Assembly: GCF_011772445.1 (NCBI RefSeq)
Contig: NZ_WVZN01000017.1
Coordinates: 67,622-131,621 of the forward strand
Reading direction: 5' to 3'
Origin: Hydrogenophaga sp.
Lineage (GTDB): Bacteria > Pseudomonadota > Gammaproteobacteria > Burkholderiales > Burkholderiaceae_C
DNA length: 64,000 bases
A model generated the notes under the pieces. The model was not told where the DNA came from. It did no database searches and saw nothing but the letters and a program-made list of their open reading frames with translations. Below, in pieces: positions 23,236 through 31,996 of the stretch (position 1 is its first letter; each line of letters opens with the position of its first letter). Made by a program: the position numbers and the translations under genes.

Positions 23236-24018
23236 ATGGCCTACACCCTCGATCTCTCGGGCCGCGTGGCCCTCGTCACTGGCGCGTCCAGCGGACTGGG
23301 CGCGCAGTTCGCCAAGACCCTGGCCCAGGCCGGCGCGGCCGTGGTGCTGGCCAGCCGCCGCACCGACCGACTCATGAACCTGCGCGCGCACATCGAGGCC
23401 GAGGGCGGCGCGGCGCACGTGGTGGCGCTCGACGTGACCGACCTGGCCTCCATCAAGGCCGCCATCGCGCACGCGGAGACCGAGGTCGGTCCCATCGACA
23501 TCCTGGTCAACAACTCGGGCGTGAGCACCACGCAGCGCCTGCAGGACGTGACGGAGGCCGACTACGACTTCGTCTTCGACACCAACACCAAAGGCGCCTT
23601 CTTCGTGGCGCAAGAGGTGGGCAAGCGCATGATCGCGCGCGCCAAGGGCGCGGCACCGGGCACCTTTGTGGGTGGGCGCATCGTCAACATCGCGTCCATG
23701 GCCGGGCTGAAGGTGCTGCCGCAGATCGGCGTGTACTGCATGAGCAAGGCCGCCGTGGTGCAGATGACCAAGGCCATGGCGGTGGAGTGGGGCCGCTTCG
23801 GCATCAACGTCAACGCCATCTGCCCCGGCTACATCGACACCGAACTCAACCACGAGCACTGGCAGACCGAGCAAGGGAAGAAGCTCATCGAGATGACGCC
23901 GCGCAAACGCCTGGGCCAGGCCAGCGACCTGGACGCGCTGCTGGTGATGCTGTGCTCGAACGAAAGCCATTTCGTCAACGGCGCCGTGATCGCGGCCGAC
24001 GACGGCTTCGGTGCGTAG
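23236..24018 (+). CDS. SDR family oxidoreductase
   Basis: TGASSGLG, NNSG, YCMSK, PGYIDT; start trimmed to MAYTLD. Confidence 0.93.
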   Translation: MAYTLDLSGRVALVTGASSGLGAQFAKTLAQAGAAVVLASRRTDRLMNLRAHIEAEGGAAHVVALDVTDLASIKAAIAHAETEVGPIDILVNNSGVSTTQRLQDVTEADYDFVFDTNTKGAFFVAQEVGKRMIARAKGAAPGTFVGGRIVNIASMAGLKVLPQIGVYCMSKAAVVQMTKAMAVEWGRFGINVNAICPGYIDTELNHEHWQTEQGKKLIEMTPRKRLGQASDLDALLVMLCSNESHFVNGAVIAADDGFGA

Positions 24019-24999
24019 ATGGGCACCCCCCGCGCCGCCTTCGGCGTCACCCCCCGAGGGGCAACACCTGCGGCCGGGCAAAGCCCGTTCCGCGGTGTGT
24101 CCGGGGTTGGGGTCCTCGCTGGCCTCGGGGCTGGCGCTTTCTGGGGCACCACGTTCGTCGCCCCTTTGGTCCTGCCCGAGTTCGGCACGGTCGATCTCAC
24201 CGTGGGCCGTTTCCTCGCCTGCGGGCTGCTGTCGATCGTGCTGCTGCTGTGGGCCGCGCTGCGTGGCGAGGCGCGCTGGCCCACGGCGCCGCAGGCCTGG
24301 GCCGCACTGGGCCTGAGCCTGCTGGGCTATACGGGCTATTACCTGCTGCTGGTGCTGGCCATCCAGGCCGCGGGGGCGGCGCTGCCGGTGCTGATCATCG
24401 GCACCATTCCGCTGTGGGTCATGCTGCTGGGCAAGCCGCAGGGCCTGCGCTGGCGCGCGCTGCTGCCGGGGCTGTTGCTCACGGCCGCGGGCATCGCGCT
24501 GATGATGCAGTCCAGCGCGCACGGTGGCGGCGCAGGCGCCGGTTCCAGGCTGTGGCTGGGCGTGCTGCTCGCGGCATTGGCCACGGCGTCGTGGACGGCC
24601 TTCGGCCTGCTCAACGCCCGCTGGCTGGCGCGCCACCCCGAGGTCAACTCCACGCTGTGGGCCAACTGGCTGGGCGTGGCCGCCGGGCTGGGTGCCATCG
24701 GCATCGCGGCGGTGGCGGGCAGCGCGCCCGCCGAGCTCATCGCGCAGCCGCGCGTCGGCCTGTTCGTGGTGGTGAGCCTGGTCACCGGCATCGGCGCGGC
24801 CTGGGTCGCCTCGGTGCTGTGGAACATGGCCAGCCGCCGGCTCAGCCCCAGCCTCGCGGGCCAACTCATCGTGAGCGAGACCGTGTTCGGTCTGCTCTAC
24901 ACCTTCGTCTGGAACGGCCTGTGGCCCGCCGCCGTGCAGTGGCTGGCGTGCGCGCTGTTCGTGCTGGGCATCCTCGCCTCCATCCGCGCCCACCGATGA
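24019..24999 (+). CDS. DMT family transporter
   Basis: GLGAGAFWGTTFVAP and ten hydrophobic segments; true start may be GTG at 24097. Confidence 0.85.
   Translation: MGTPRAAFGVTPRGATPAAGQSPFRGVSGVGVLAGLGAGAFWGTTFVAPLVLPEFGTVDLTVGRFLACGLLSIVLLLWAALRGEARWPTAPQAWAALGLSLLGYTGYYLLLVLAIQAAGAALPVLIIGTIPLWVMLLGKPQGLRWRALLPGLLLTAAGIALMMQSSAHGGGAGAGSRLWLGVLLAALATASWTAFGLLNARWLARHPEVNSTLWANWLGVAAGLGAIGIAAVAGSAPAELIAQPRVGLFVVVSLVTGIGAAWVASVLWNMASRRLSPSLAGQLIVSETVFGLLYTFVWNGLWPAAVQWLACALFVLGILASIRAHR
24021..24100. repeat. Multi-hairpin palindromic element (REP/MITE-like) at the 5' end of the DMT gene
   Basis: Three hairpins: GCC-TTC-GGC; CCCC-CGAG-GGGG; ACACC-T-GCGG-CC-GGGC-AAA-GCCC-GTT-CCGC-GGTGT. Confidence 0.55.
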
Positions 25000-25418
25000 A
25001 ATTCGAACTGCCCGAGAAGAAGAAACAGGTCCACCAGATGCGCATCCCCATCCGCTGGGGCGACATGGACGCCATGGGACACGTGAACAACACGGTCTAC
25101 TTCCGCTACCTGGAAACCATCCGCATCGACTGGATGCATTCCATCGGCTGCGAACCCGACCCGCGCGGCGAAGGCCCGGTGATCATCAACGCCTTCTGCA
25201 CCTTCCACAAACAGCTCGAGTTCCCGGGCGAGGTGATCGCCACCATGTACGTGAGCGACGCGGGCCGCAGCAGCTTCGAGAGCTGGTGCACGCTCACGCG
25301 CGCCGACGACCCCGACACGGTCTACGCCTCGGGCGGGGCCACCACGGTGTGGGTGAACTTCCCGCAGCAGAAGTCGGCTCCGATCCCGCCCTTGCTGCGC
25401 CAGCACCTGGAGGGCTGA
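24996..25418 (+). CDS. Acyl-CoA thioesterase (4HBT/hotdog)
   Basis: IRWGDMDAMGHVNNTVYFRYLE; ATGA overlap with DMT stop. Confidence 0.93.
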   Translation: MKFELPEKKKQVHQMRIPIRWGDMDAMGHVNNTVYFRYLETIRIDWMHSIGCEPDPRGEGPVIINAFCTFHKQLEFPGEVIATMYVSDAGRSSFESWCTLTRADDPDTVYASGGATTVWVNFPQQKSAPIPPLLRQHLEG

Positions 25419-25442
25419 TCCGCGAGCGGCGCGCCAGCCCGC

Positions 25443-26198
25443 TCACGGATGCCAGTTCGAGACCACGGGCGGCGTGTTCGCCGAACGGCTTCCCGCCAGG
25501 GCGTACGACAGTTCGTTCGCTGCGCGGATGACGTGCTGCGCGTACTTGTCGAGCTTGCTCTTTTGCAGGCGCGAGCTCGGGCCGGAGATGCACATCGAAC
25601 CCAGCAGGCGCCAGCTCAGGCCGAACACCGGAGCGGCCACGCTCGACACCTCGGGCTCGCGTTCGCCCAGCGAGAGGTGGTAGCCGCGCTTGCGGATGCT
25701 TTCGTAGGGTTCGCCCCGTTCGCCGCTGAAGGCCAGGATGACGCGCCCGGGCGCGCCCTTGTCCAGCGGCAGCCGCTCGCCGATGCGCACGTGGTGCCGC
25801 ACCGAATGCGGGCCTTCGACGCGTGAGATGCAGGCGCGGATCGACCCTTCCCTGACGTAGAACGAGGCGCTTTCCCCGGTGAGCGCCACCAGCTCGCGCA
25901 ACACCGGCTCCACGACGAGGTTCACGTCGAACCCGCGTTGGTACCGCGCGCCCAGCCAGCCGGTGGCCGGGCCCAGGCGCCATTGCCCGTCGTCCTCCTG
26001 GACCATGTAGTGCGACAGCGCGAGCGTGCGCGCCAGCCGCAGCACGGTGGTCTTGTGGATGCCGGTGCGCCGGCTCAGCTCGGCGAGCGAGAGCGTCGAT
26101 TCACCGGCCTGAAAGGCCTCCATCAGCGAGAGCGCGCGCGTCACGGCGGTCACGCCGCCCGGGCCACCGGCTTCTTCGTTGTCGTCGGGGTTTCGCAT
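25443..26198 (-). CDS. IclR family transcriptional regulator
   Basis: AVTRALSLMEAF..SLAELSRRTGIHKTTVLRL, GAPGRVILAF, SSVAAPVF. Confidence 0.93.
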   Translation of the reverse strand: MRNPDDNEEAGGPGGVTAVTRALSLMEAFQAGESTLSLAELSRRTGIHKTTVLRLARTLALSHYMVQEDDGQWRLGPATGWLGARYQRGFDVNLVVEPVLRELVALTGESASFYVREGSIRACISRVEGPHSVRHHVRIGERLPLDKGAPGRVILAFSGERGEPYESIRKRGYHLSLGEREPEVSSVAAPVFGLSWRLLGSMCISGPSSRLQKSKLDKYAQHVIRAANELSYALAGSRSANTPPVVSNWHP

Positions 26199-26212
26199 AC
26201 TGCACCTCGTTT

Positions 26213-26226
26213 CGTTGTGCGCAACG
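26213..26226. promoter_or_regulatory. Putative IclR operator palindrome
   Basis: CGTTG-TGCG-CAACG in the divergent intergenic region. Confidence 0.45.
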
Positions 26227-26305
26227 GCATTGTACGGAGCGCAACCCTTGTCCAGAATCCGGGCCACAGCGAAAGCGATCGCTGCACAACGATGGAGACA
26301 AGACA

Positions 26306-27289
26306 GTGAACATCACCCGCCGCACCGTCACGGGGCTCGCCCTCGCCACCACCTTCGCCGCTGCCTTCATGGGCAGCGCCCACGCCCAGGCCTGGCCCAA
26401 CAAGCCCATCCGCTTCGTCGTGCCGTTCCCGGCCGGCGGCGGCACCGACCTGATCGGGCGCGAACTCACGCAGAAGATGACCGAGGCCACGAAGTGGAAC
26501 TTCGTGATCGACAACCGCCCGGGCTCGGGCGGCAACATCGGCATCGACAACGTCGCCAAGTCACCCCCCGATGGCCACAGCCTCGTGCTCGGGCAGACCA
26601 GCAACCTGGCGATCAACGCCACCCTGTACGACAAGCTGCCCTACGACCCGGTCAAGGACCTGACGCCCATCTCCCTGGTGGCCAGCGCGCCGCTGACGCT
26701 GGTGGTGGCGACGAACTCGAAGTACCGCACCCTGTCCGACATCGTCGCGGCTTCCAAGGCCAAGCCCGGCTCGATCAACTTCGCGACTTCGGGCAACGGC
26801 ACGGTGGCCCACCTGGCGATGGAGCTGTTCCAGCGCGAGGCCGGCATCAAGCTGATGCACATCCCCTACAAGGGCGCGGCGCAGGGCATCAACGACGTGA
26901 TGAGCGAGCGGGTGGAGGTCTATGTCTCGTCCATCCCCACGCTGCTGGGCCACATCAAGAACGGCAAGCTGCGCCCGCTGGTGGTGACCTCGCTCAAGCG
27001 AGTGGACGACCTGCCGGACGCGCCCACCATCGCCGAGTCTGGCTACAAGGGCTTCGAGGCCGTCACCTGGTTCGGCGTGCTCGGCCCGGCCAACCTGCCC
27101 GCGGACGTCGTGGGCCGCTTGAACACCGAGATCAACAAGGCCTTGCAGACCCCCGCGCTGCAGAAGCAGTTGAGTGACCAGGGCGCCGACGTGCTGGGTG
27201 GCTCGCCCGAGCAGTTCGGCAAGCTGATCCGTGACGACATCGTCCGCTGGGGCAAGGTCGTCAAGGACTCGGGCGCCAAGATCGATTGA
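26306..27289 (+). CDS. Bug/TctC tripartite tricarboxylate transporter substrate-binding protein
   Basis: WPNKPIRFVVPFPAGGGTD, NRPGSGG, HIPYKG. Confidence 0.94.
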   Translation: MNITRRTVTGLALATTFAAAFMGSAHAQAWPNKPIRFVVPFPAGGGTDLIGRELTQKMTEATKWNFVIDNRPGSGGNIGIDNVAKSPPDGHSLVLGQTSNLAINATLYDKLPYDPVKDLTPISLVASAPLTLVVATNSKYRTLSDIVAASKAKPGSINFATSGNGTVAHLAMELFQREAGIKLMHIPYKGAAQGINDVMSERVEVYVSSIPTLLGHIKNGKLRPLVVTSLKRVDDLPDAPTIAESGYKGFEAVTWFGVLGPANLPADVVGRLNTEINKALQTPALQKQLSDQGADVLGGSPEQFGKLIRDDIVRWGKVVKDSGAKID

Positions 27290-27309
27290 CCCACCCTCAG
27301 GAAACCACC

Positions 27310-27993
27310 GTGTCCCTTCCCGATATCGTGCGCGACTTCGATCGCGTGTCTCCCGAACTGGTGCAACAGGCGGGCGCCTTTCAGGCCGCCATCCTGGCCG
27401 ACGTCAACGGCCGCCGCGGCGCGCTGCACGGCCGCATCAGCGCGCTGCGCCCGAGCATGCAAGTGGCGGGCACGGCGTTCACGGTGGAGGTTCGTCCCGG
27501 CGACAACCTCATGATCCACGCGGCCATGTCGCTGGCGAAACCGGGCGACGTGCTCGTGATCGATGGCAAGGGCGACCAGACCGCCGCGCTCATGGGCACC
27601 ATCATGATGACCGCCTGCCAGAAGCTGGGCATCGCGGGCGTGGTGGTTGACGGCGCCGTGCGCGACTCGCTCGAGATCGAGGAGATGGGGTTTCCGGTGT
27701 TCAGCGTGGGCACCAACCCCAATGGCCCCACCAAGCTGGTGCCGGGCCGCATCGGCCACCCGGTGTCGGTGGGTGGCGTGACCGTGCGCCCCGGCGACCT
27801 GGTCGTGGGCGATGCCGACGGCGTGGTGGTGATCGAGCGCGAGGCCGTGGCCGCGCTGATCCCGCTGGCCGACAGGAAGGTGAAGGACGAGGCCGCGCGC
27901 ATCGCCGCGATCCAGCAGGGTGACACGGCCGCCAAGTGGCTCGACGCCGCACTGCGCGCCGCCGGGGTGCTCAAGGAAGGAGAGCGGCTGTGA
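27310..27993 (+). CDS. RraA-like / HMG-CHA-type aldolase family protein
   Basis: GDNLMIH, GVVVDGAVRD, PGDLVVGDADGVVVI; start GTG 27310 or TTG 27286. Confidence 0.85.
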   Translation: MSLPDIVRDFDRVSPELVQQAGAFQAAILADVNGRRGALHGRISALRPSMQVAGTAFTVEVRPGDNLMIHAAMSLAKPGDVLVIDGKGDQTAALMGTIMMTACQKLGIAGVVVDGAVRDSLEIEEMGFPVFSVGTNPNGPTKLVPGRIGHPVSVGGVTVRPGDLVVGDADGVVVIEREAVAALIPLADRKVKDEAARIAAIQQGDTAAKWLDAALRAAGVLKEGERL

Positions 27994-28922
27994 GCCATGC
28001 CGTGGCACTCAAGCCCGCGCTGCTGGTCACCGCGGCCGACCTGGCCCCGCAGGCACTGGCTCTGCTGAGCGACTTTCACATCGTCTACGCGGGCAAGACG
28101 CCCACCGACGAGGACATCGTGACCTTGTGCCAGGCGCACAACCCCGAGGCCATCATCGTGCGTTACGGCAAGGTGGGCGCGGCCGCCATGGACGCGGCGC
28201 CCGCGCTGCGCGTGATCTCCAAGCACGGCAGCGGCACCGACACCATCGACAAGGTGGCGGCCCAGGCGCGCCACATCGAAGTCCGTGCCGCCGTGGGCGC
28301 CAACGCCGCGGCGGTGGCCGAGCAGGCCCTGGCGCTGCTGCTGGCCTGTGCCAAATCCGTGCCCCGGCTCAACGCCCGCATGCATGCGGGCTGGTGGGAC
28401 AAGGCCACGCACAAGAGCGTGGAGCTGGCGGGGCGCACCGTGGGCCTGGTGGGCCTGGGCGCCATCGGCCAACGCTTCGCGCGCATGGCCCTGGCCATGG
28501 AGATGCGCGTGATCGGTTTCGATCCGTTCGCGAAAAGCCTGCCCGCCGGCATCGAGGCCGTGGACCTGGCCACGCTGTGGCGCGAGTCGGACGCGATCTC
28601 ACTGCATTGCCCGCTCACCGCGGACAACCGCGGCCTGCTCAACCGCGAGAGCCTGGCCCTGTGCAAGCCCGGCGTGATCGTGGTGAACACCGCGCGCGGG
28701 GGGCTGATCGACGAGCCCGCGCTGCTCGACGCGGTGCGTTCGGGCCAGGTGGCCTGCGCCGGCCTGGACAGCTTTGCCGTCGAGCCCATGACGGCGGGTC
28801 ATCCCTTCCACGGCGAAGAACGCATCATCCTCAGTCCCCACATCGGCGGCGTGACGTCGGACGCCTACGTCAAGATGGGCGTGGCGGCGGCCGAGAACGT
28901 GCTGTCGGTGCTGCACGCCTGA
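27990..28922 (+). CDS. D-isomer-specific 2-hydroxyacid dehydrogenase
   Basis: GLVGLGAIG, SLHCPLT, NTARGGLID, GLDSFAVEP, SPHIGG; GTGA overlap. Confidence 0.92.
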   Translation: MSHAVALKPALLVTAADLAPQALALLSDFHIVYAGKTPTDEDIVTLCQAHNPEAIIVRYGKVGAAAMDAAPALRVISKHGSGTDTIDKVAAQARHIEVRAAVGANAAAVAEQALALLLACAKSVPRLNARMHAGWWDKATHKSVELAGRTVGLVGLGAIGQRFARMALAMEMRVIGFDPFAKSLPAGIEAVDLATLWRESDAISLHCPLTADNRGLLNRESLALCKPGVIVVNTARGGLIDEPALLDAVRSGQVACAGLDSFAVEPMTAGHPFHGEERIILSPHIGGVTSDAYVKMGVAAAENVLSVLHA

Positions 28923-28928
28923 CCCGCC

Positions 28929-30002
28929 ATGGCCCGACGTTGGACACACGCGCCCGAGGGCGCGCGCTGGGGGGAGTTCGGCCCGGACGACCAGCGCGGC
29001 CGCATGAACCTGGTGACGCGCGAGAAGGTGCTGCAAGGTGTGGCCGAGGTGCGCGAGGGCCTGAGCTTCTGCCTCTCGCTGCCGCTTGACCTGCCTGGTG
29101 GCGCCAGCATGAACCCGCGCCGCCAGCCGCCGCAGCGCTTCTCGGTGATCCGCAACGGCGCCAGCGCCGGCCAGCAGGGCTTTTGCTGGTCCTACGCGTC
29201 GGAAGACCCCGAGCTCACGGACGTGGTCAACGACGACGTGGCCCTGCTCAGCCTGCAGTACTCCACGCAGTGGGACAGCCTGGCCCACATGGGCAGCCTG
29301 TTCGACGCCGACGGCGACGGCGTGGCCGAGGCGGTGTTCTACAACGGCTACCGGGCGGGCGAACACATCCGGCCCGGCGCCGAAGACCCGCAGGCCACGC
29401 AGGCCTTCGCGCGCTACCCCGGGCCGCAGGCCGATGCGTTGGGCATCGAACACCTCGCGGAGCACGGCGCCCAGGGCCGGGGCGTGATGATCGACCTCGA
29501 ACACCACCTGGGCCGCCGCCGCCAGGCCGTGGGCTACGACGCGCTGATGCGCATCCTCGAGGCCGACGGCATCGAGGTGGAGAGCGGCGACATGGTGTGC
29601 CTGCACACCGGCTTTGCCGACACCCTGCTGGCCATGAACCGCCAGCCCGATCTGCAGACCCTGCACGCCACGGGCAGCGGTCTCGACGGCTGGGACAGCC
29701 GGCTGCTCAACTGGATCGTCGACGTGAAGCTGGCCTGCCTGCTCGCCGACAACCCCGCGGTGGAATTGGTGGTGCCCAAGCTGGCCCGGCCCGCGGGCGG
29801 CCCCGCGCTGCGCCAGCCGCGCTTGCCGCTGCATGAGCACTGTCTGTTCAAGAACGGCATTCACCTCGGTGAGCTCTGGTACCTCACGGCGCTGGCCCGC
29901 TGGCTGCGCGCGCACGCGCGCCACCGCTTCCTGCTCACGGCGCCGCCCTTGCGGCTGCCGGGCGCGGTGGGTTCGCCCGCCACGCCCATCGCCACGGTTT
30001 GA
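28929..30002 (+). CDS. Cyclase-family (kynurenine formamidase-like) metal hydrolase
   Basis: WGEFGPDDQRGRMN, YSTQWDSLAH, GRGVMID, GDMVCLHTG, GIHLGELWYL, APPLRLPGAVGSP. Confidence 0.85.
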   Translation: MARRWTHAPEGARWGEFGPDDQRGRMNLVTREKVLQGVAEVREGLSFCLSLPLDLPGGASMNPRRQPPQRFSVIRNGASAGQQGFCWSYASEDPELTDVVNDDVALLSLQYSTQWDSLAHMGSLFDADGDGVAEAVFYNGYRAGEHIRPGAEDPQATQAFARYPGPQADALGIEHLAEHGAQGRGVMIDLEHHLGRRRQAVGYDALMRILEADGIEVESGDMVCLHTGFADTLLAMNRQPDLQTLHATGSGLDGWDSRLLNWIVDVKLACLLADNPAVELVVPKLARPAGGPALRQPRLPLHEHCLFKNGIHLGELWYLTALARWLRAHARHRFLLTAPPLRLPGAVGSPATPIATV

Positions 30003-30044
30003 CACCCCCGGGCTCTCCCAGCCCTTCACCACAAGGAGACACCC

Positions 30045-31016
30045 ATGAGACAAGGCCTCAAGAACCTGCTGACCGCCTGCCTCGCGGCCGCCGCATTGTC
30101 GGCGCCTGCGGCCCGCGCGGCCTGGCCCGAGAAACCCATCCGTTTCGTCGTGCCCTACGCGGCCGGCGGCGCGGCCGATGCGCTGGCGCGCACGGTGGCC
30201 ACCGAGCTGACGCAGCGTTTGAAGCAGTCGGTGATCGTGGAGAACAAGCCCGGCGCGGGCGGCACCATCGGCGCCATGACCGTGGCCTCGGCGCCCGCCG
30301 ATGGCCACACCTTCCTGTACGACGCCACGGCTTTCGCGGTCAATCCCTCGCTCTACCCCAAGCTCGGCTTCAGCTATGGCAAGGACTTCGTGCCCATCGC
30401 GATGGTGGCGCGCATCCCGACCCTGCTGGTGGTACCGGCCAACTCGCGCTTCAACAGCGTGGCCGAGCTGGTGACGTACGCCAAAGCCAACCCGGGCAAG
30501 CTGTCCTACGCCTCGGCGGGCAACGGTGGCGCCGCGCACCTGAGCGGCGAACTCTTCAAGCAAGGCCATGGCCTGGCCATCGTGCACATTCCCTACCGCG
30601 GTGGCGCCCCGGCGCTCACCGATCTGTCGGGCGGCACGGTGGATCTGATGTTCAGCGCCGTGACCGCGTCGGGCCCGCTGGTGAAGGCGGGGCGGATCAA
30701 GGCGCTGGCCACCGCTTACGACAGCCGCCTGGAGGGCATGCCCGAGACGCCGACCATCGCCGAGACCGGCCTCAAGGGCTTCAGTGCCTACGAATGGAAC
30801 GGCATCTTCGCGCCCGCCGGCACGCCGCCCGACATCGTCAGACGCATGGAAACCGAGATGCGCGAGGTGTTGTCATCGCCCGCCATGCGCGAACGGCTGC
30901 AGGGCCAGGGGGCGCTGCCCGCGAGCGGTGGCGCGAAGGAACTCGACGACTTCGTGGCCGCAGAAACCGCCAAGTGGGCGCGTGTGATCAAGGCCGCCCG
31001 CATCACCATCGACTGA
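30045..31016 (+). CDS. Bug/TctC substrate-binding protein
   Basis: WPEKPIRFVVPYAAGG, ENKPGAGG, HIPYRGG. Confidence 0.93.
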   Translation: MRQGLKNLLTACLAAAALSAPAARAAWPEKPIRFVVPYAAGGAADALARTVATELTQRLKQSVIVENKPGAGGTIGAMTVASAPADGHTFLYDATAFAVNPSLYPKLGFSYGKDFVPIAMVARIPTLLVVPANSRFNSVAELVTYAKANPGKLSYASAGNGGAAHLSGELFKQGHGLAIVHIPYRGGAPALTDLSGGTVDLMFSAVTASGPLVKAGRIKALATAYDSRLEGMPETPTIAETGLKGFSAYEWNGIFAPAGTPPDIVRRMETEMREVLSSPAMRERLQGQGALPASGGAKELDDFVAAETAKWARVIKAARITID

Positions 31017-31030
31017 ACAGGAGACACCCC

Positions 31031-31990
31031 ATGAACACCCGACACCTCTTGGCCATTGCCTTGATGCTGGCCGCCTCGGCCACCCACGCCCAGGACTGGC
31101 CGACCAAGACCGTGCGGATCATCGTGCCCTACGCACCCGGTGGTGCGGTGGATGCCGTGACGCGCAAGATGGCCGCCAAGCTGCAGGAGCAGACCGGGCA
31201 GAGCTTCATCGTCGACAACCGGCCCGGCGCCACAGGCACCATCGGCGTGTCCGCGGCCGCACGCTCGGCGCCCGACGGCTACACCCTGGTGGCCAACGAC
31301 ACCACCTTTGCGCTGCTGCCGCACATCTTCAAGAAGCTGCCCTTCGACCACGACAAGGACCTCGAGCCCGTGGGCGCCTTCGTGTTCGCGCCCATGGCGG
31401 TCGCGGTGCGCGCCGAGTCGCCGTACAAGTCGCTCGACGAGATGCTGCGTGCCGCCAAGGCCGAACCGAACAAGCTGAGCTATGGCACGGGCGGCCCCGG
31501 CACCATGCCGCACTTCGCCAGCGAAGCCCTGGGCATCGCCACCGGTGCGCGCTTCCTGCACGTGCCGTTCAAGGGCGCGGGCGAGGCGACGCAGGCGCTG
31601 CTCAGCGCCACCATCGACTACCAGATCGCGTCCACGCCCGGCGTCATCGGCCCGGTCAAGGGCAACCGCATCCGCCTGCTCGCCATCAGCGGCGACAAGC
31701 GCCTGCCGGCGCTGCCGCAGGTGCCGACGTTTGCCGAGGCGGGCGTGAAGGACTTCGGTGTCATCAACTTCACCGGCCTGTGGGCGCCCAAAGGCACGCC
31801 GCAGGACGTGATGGACCGGTTGCAGAAGGAGATCGCCACCGCCATGGCCTCGGCCGACATGAAGGCCTATGCCGAAGGCATTGCGGCCGAGCCCGGCCAC
31901 TGGGACGCGGCCACCTTCGCGCGCAACCTCAAGGACCGCACGGCGTATTGGGGCAAGATCGCGGCCCATTCCGCGTTCGAGAAGCAGTAA
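31031..31990 (+). CDS. Bug/TctC substrate-binding protein
   Basis: WPTKTVRIIVPYAPGGAVD, DNRPGATG, HVPFKG. Confidence 0.93.
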   Translation: MNTRHLLAIALMLAASATHAQDWPTKTVRIIVPYAPGGAVDAVTRKMAAKLQEQTGQSFIVDNRPGATGTIGVSAAARSAPDGYTLVANDTTFALLPHIFKKLPFDHDKDLEPVGAFVFAPMAVAVRAESPYKSLDEMLRAAKAEPNKLSYGTGGPGTMPHFASEALGIATGARFLHVPFKGAGEATQALLSATIDYQIASTPGVIGPVKGNRIRLLAISGDKRLPALPQVPTFAEAGVKDFGVINFTGLWAPKGTPQDVMDRLQKEIATAMASADMKAYAEGIAAEPGHWDAATFARNLKDRTAYWGKIAAHSAFEKQ

Positions 31991-31996
31991 GAAGCC

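Noticed and set aside
23124-24995. 764-aa ORF suggesting a large thioesterase fusion
   Set aside because: Out-of-frame read-through of the SDR and DMT genes; only 24996-25418 is thioesterase.
29999-31030. 663-aa ORF suggesting a double-length Bug protein
   Set aside because: The first half is an alternate frame of Bug 30045-31016; the second Bug has its own RBS and ATG at 31031.
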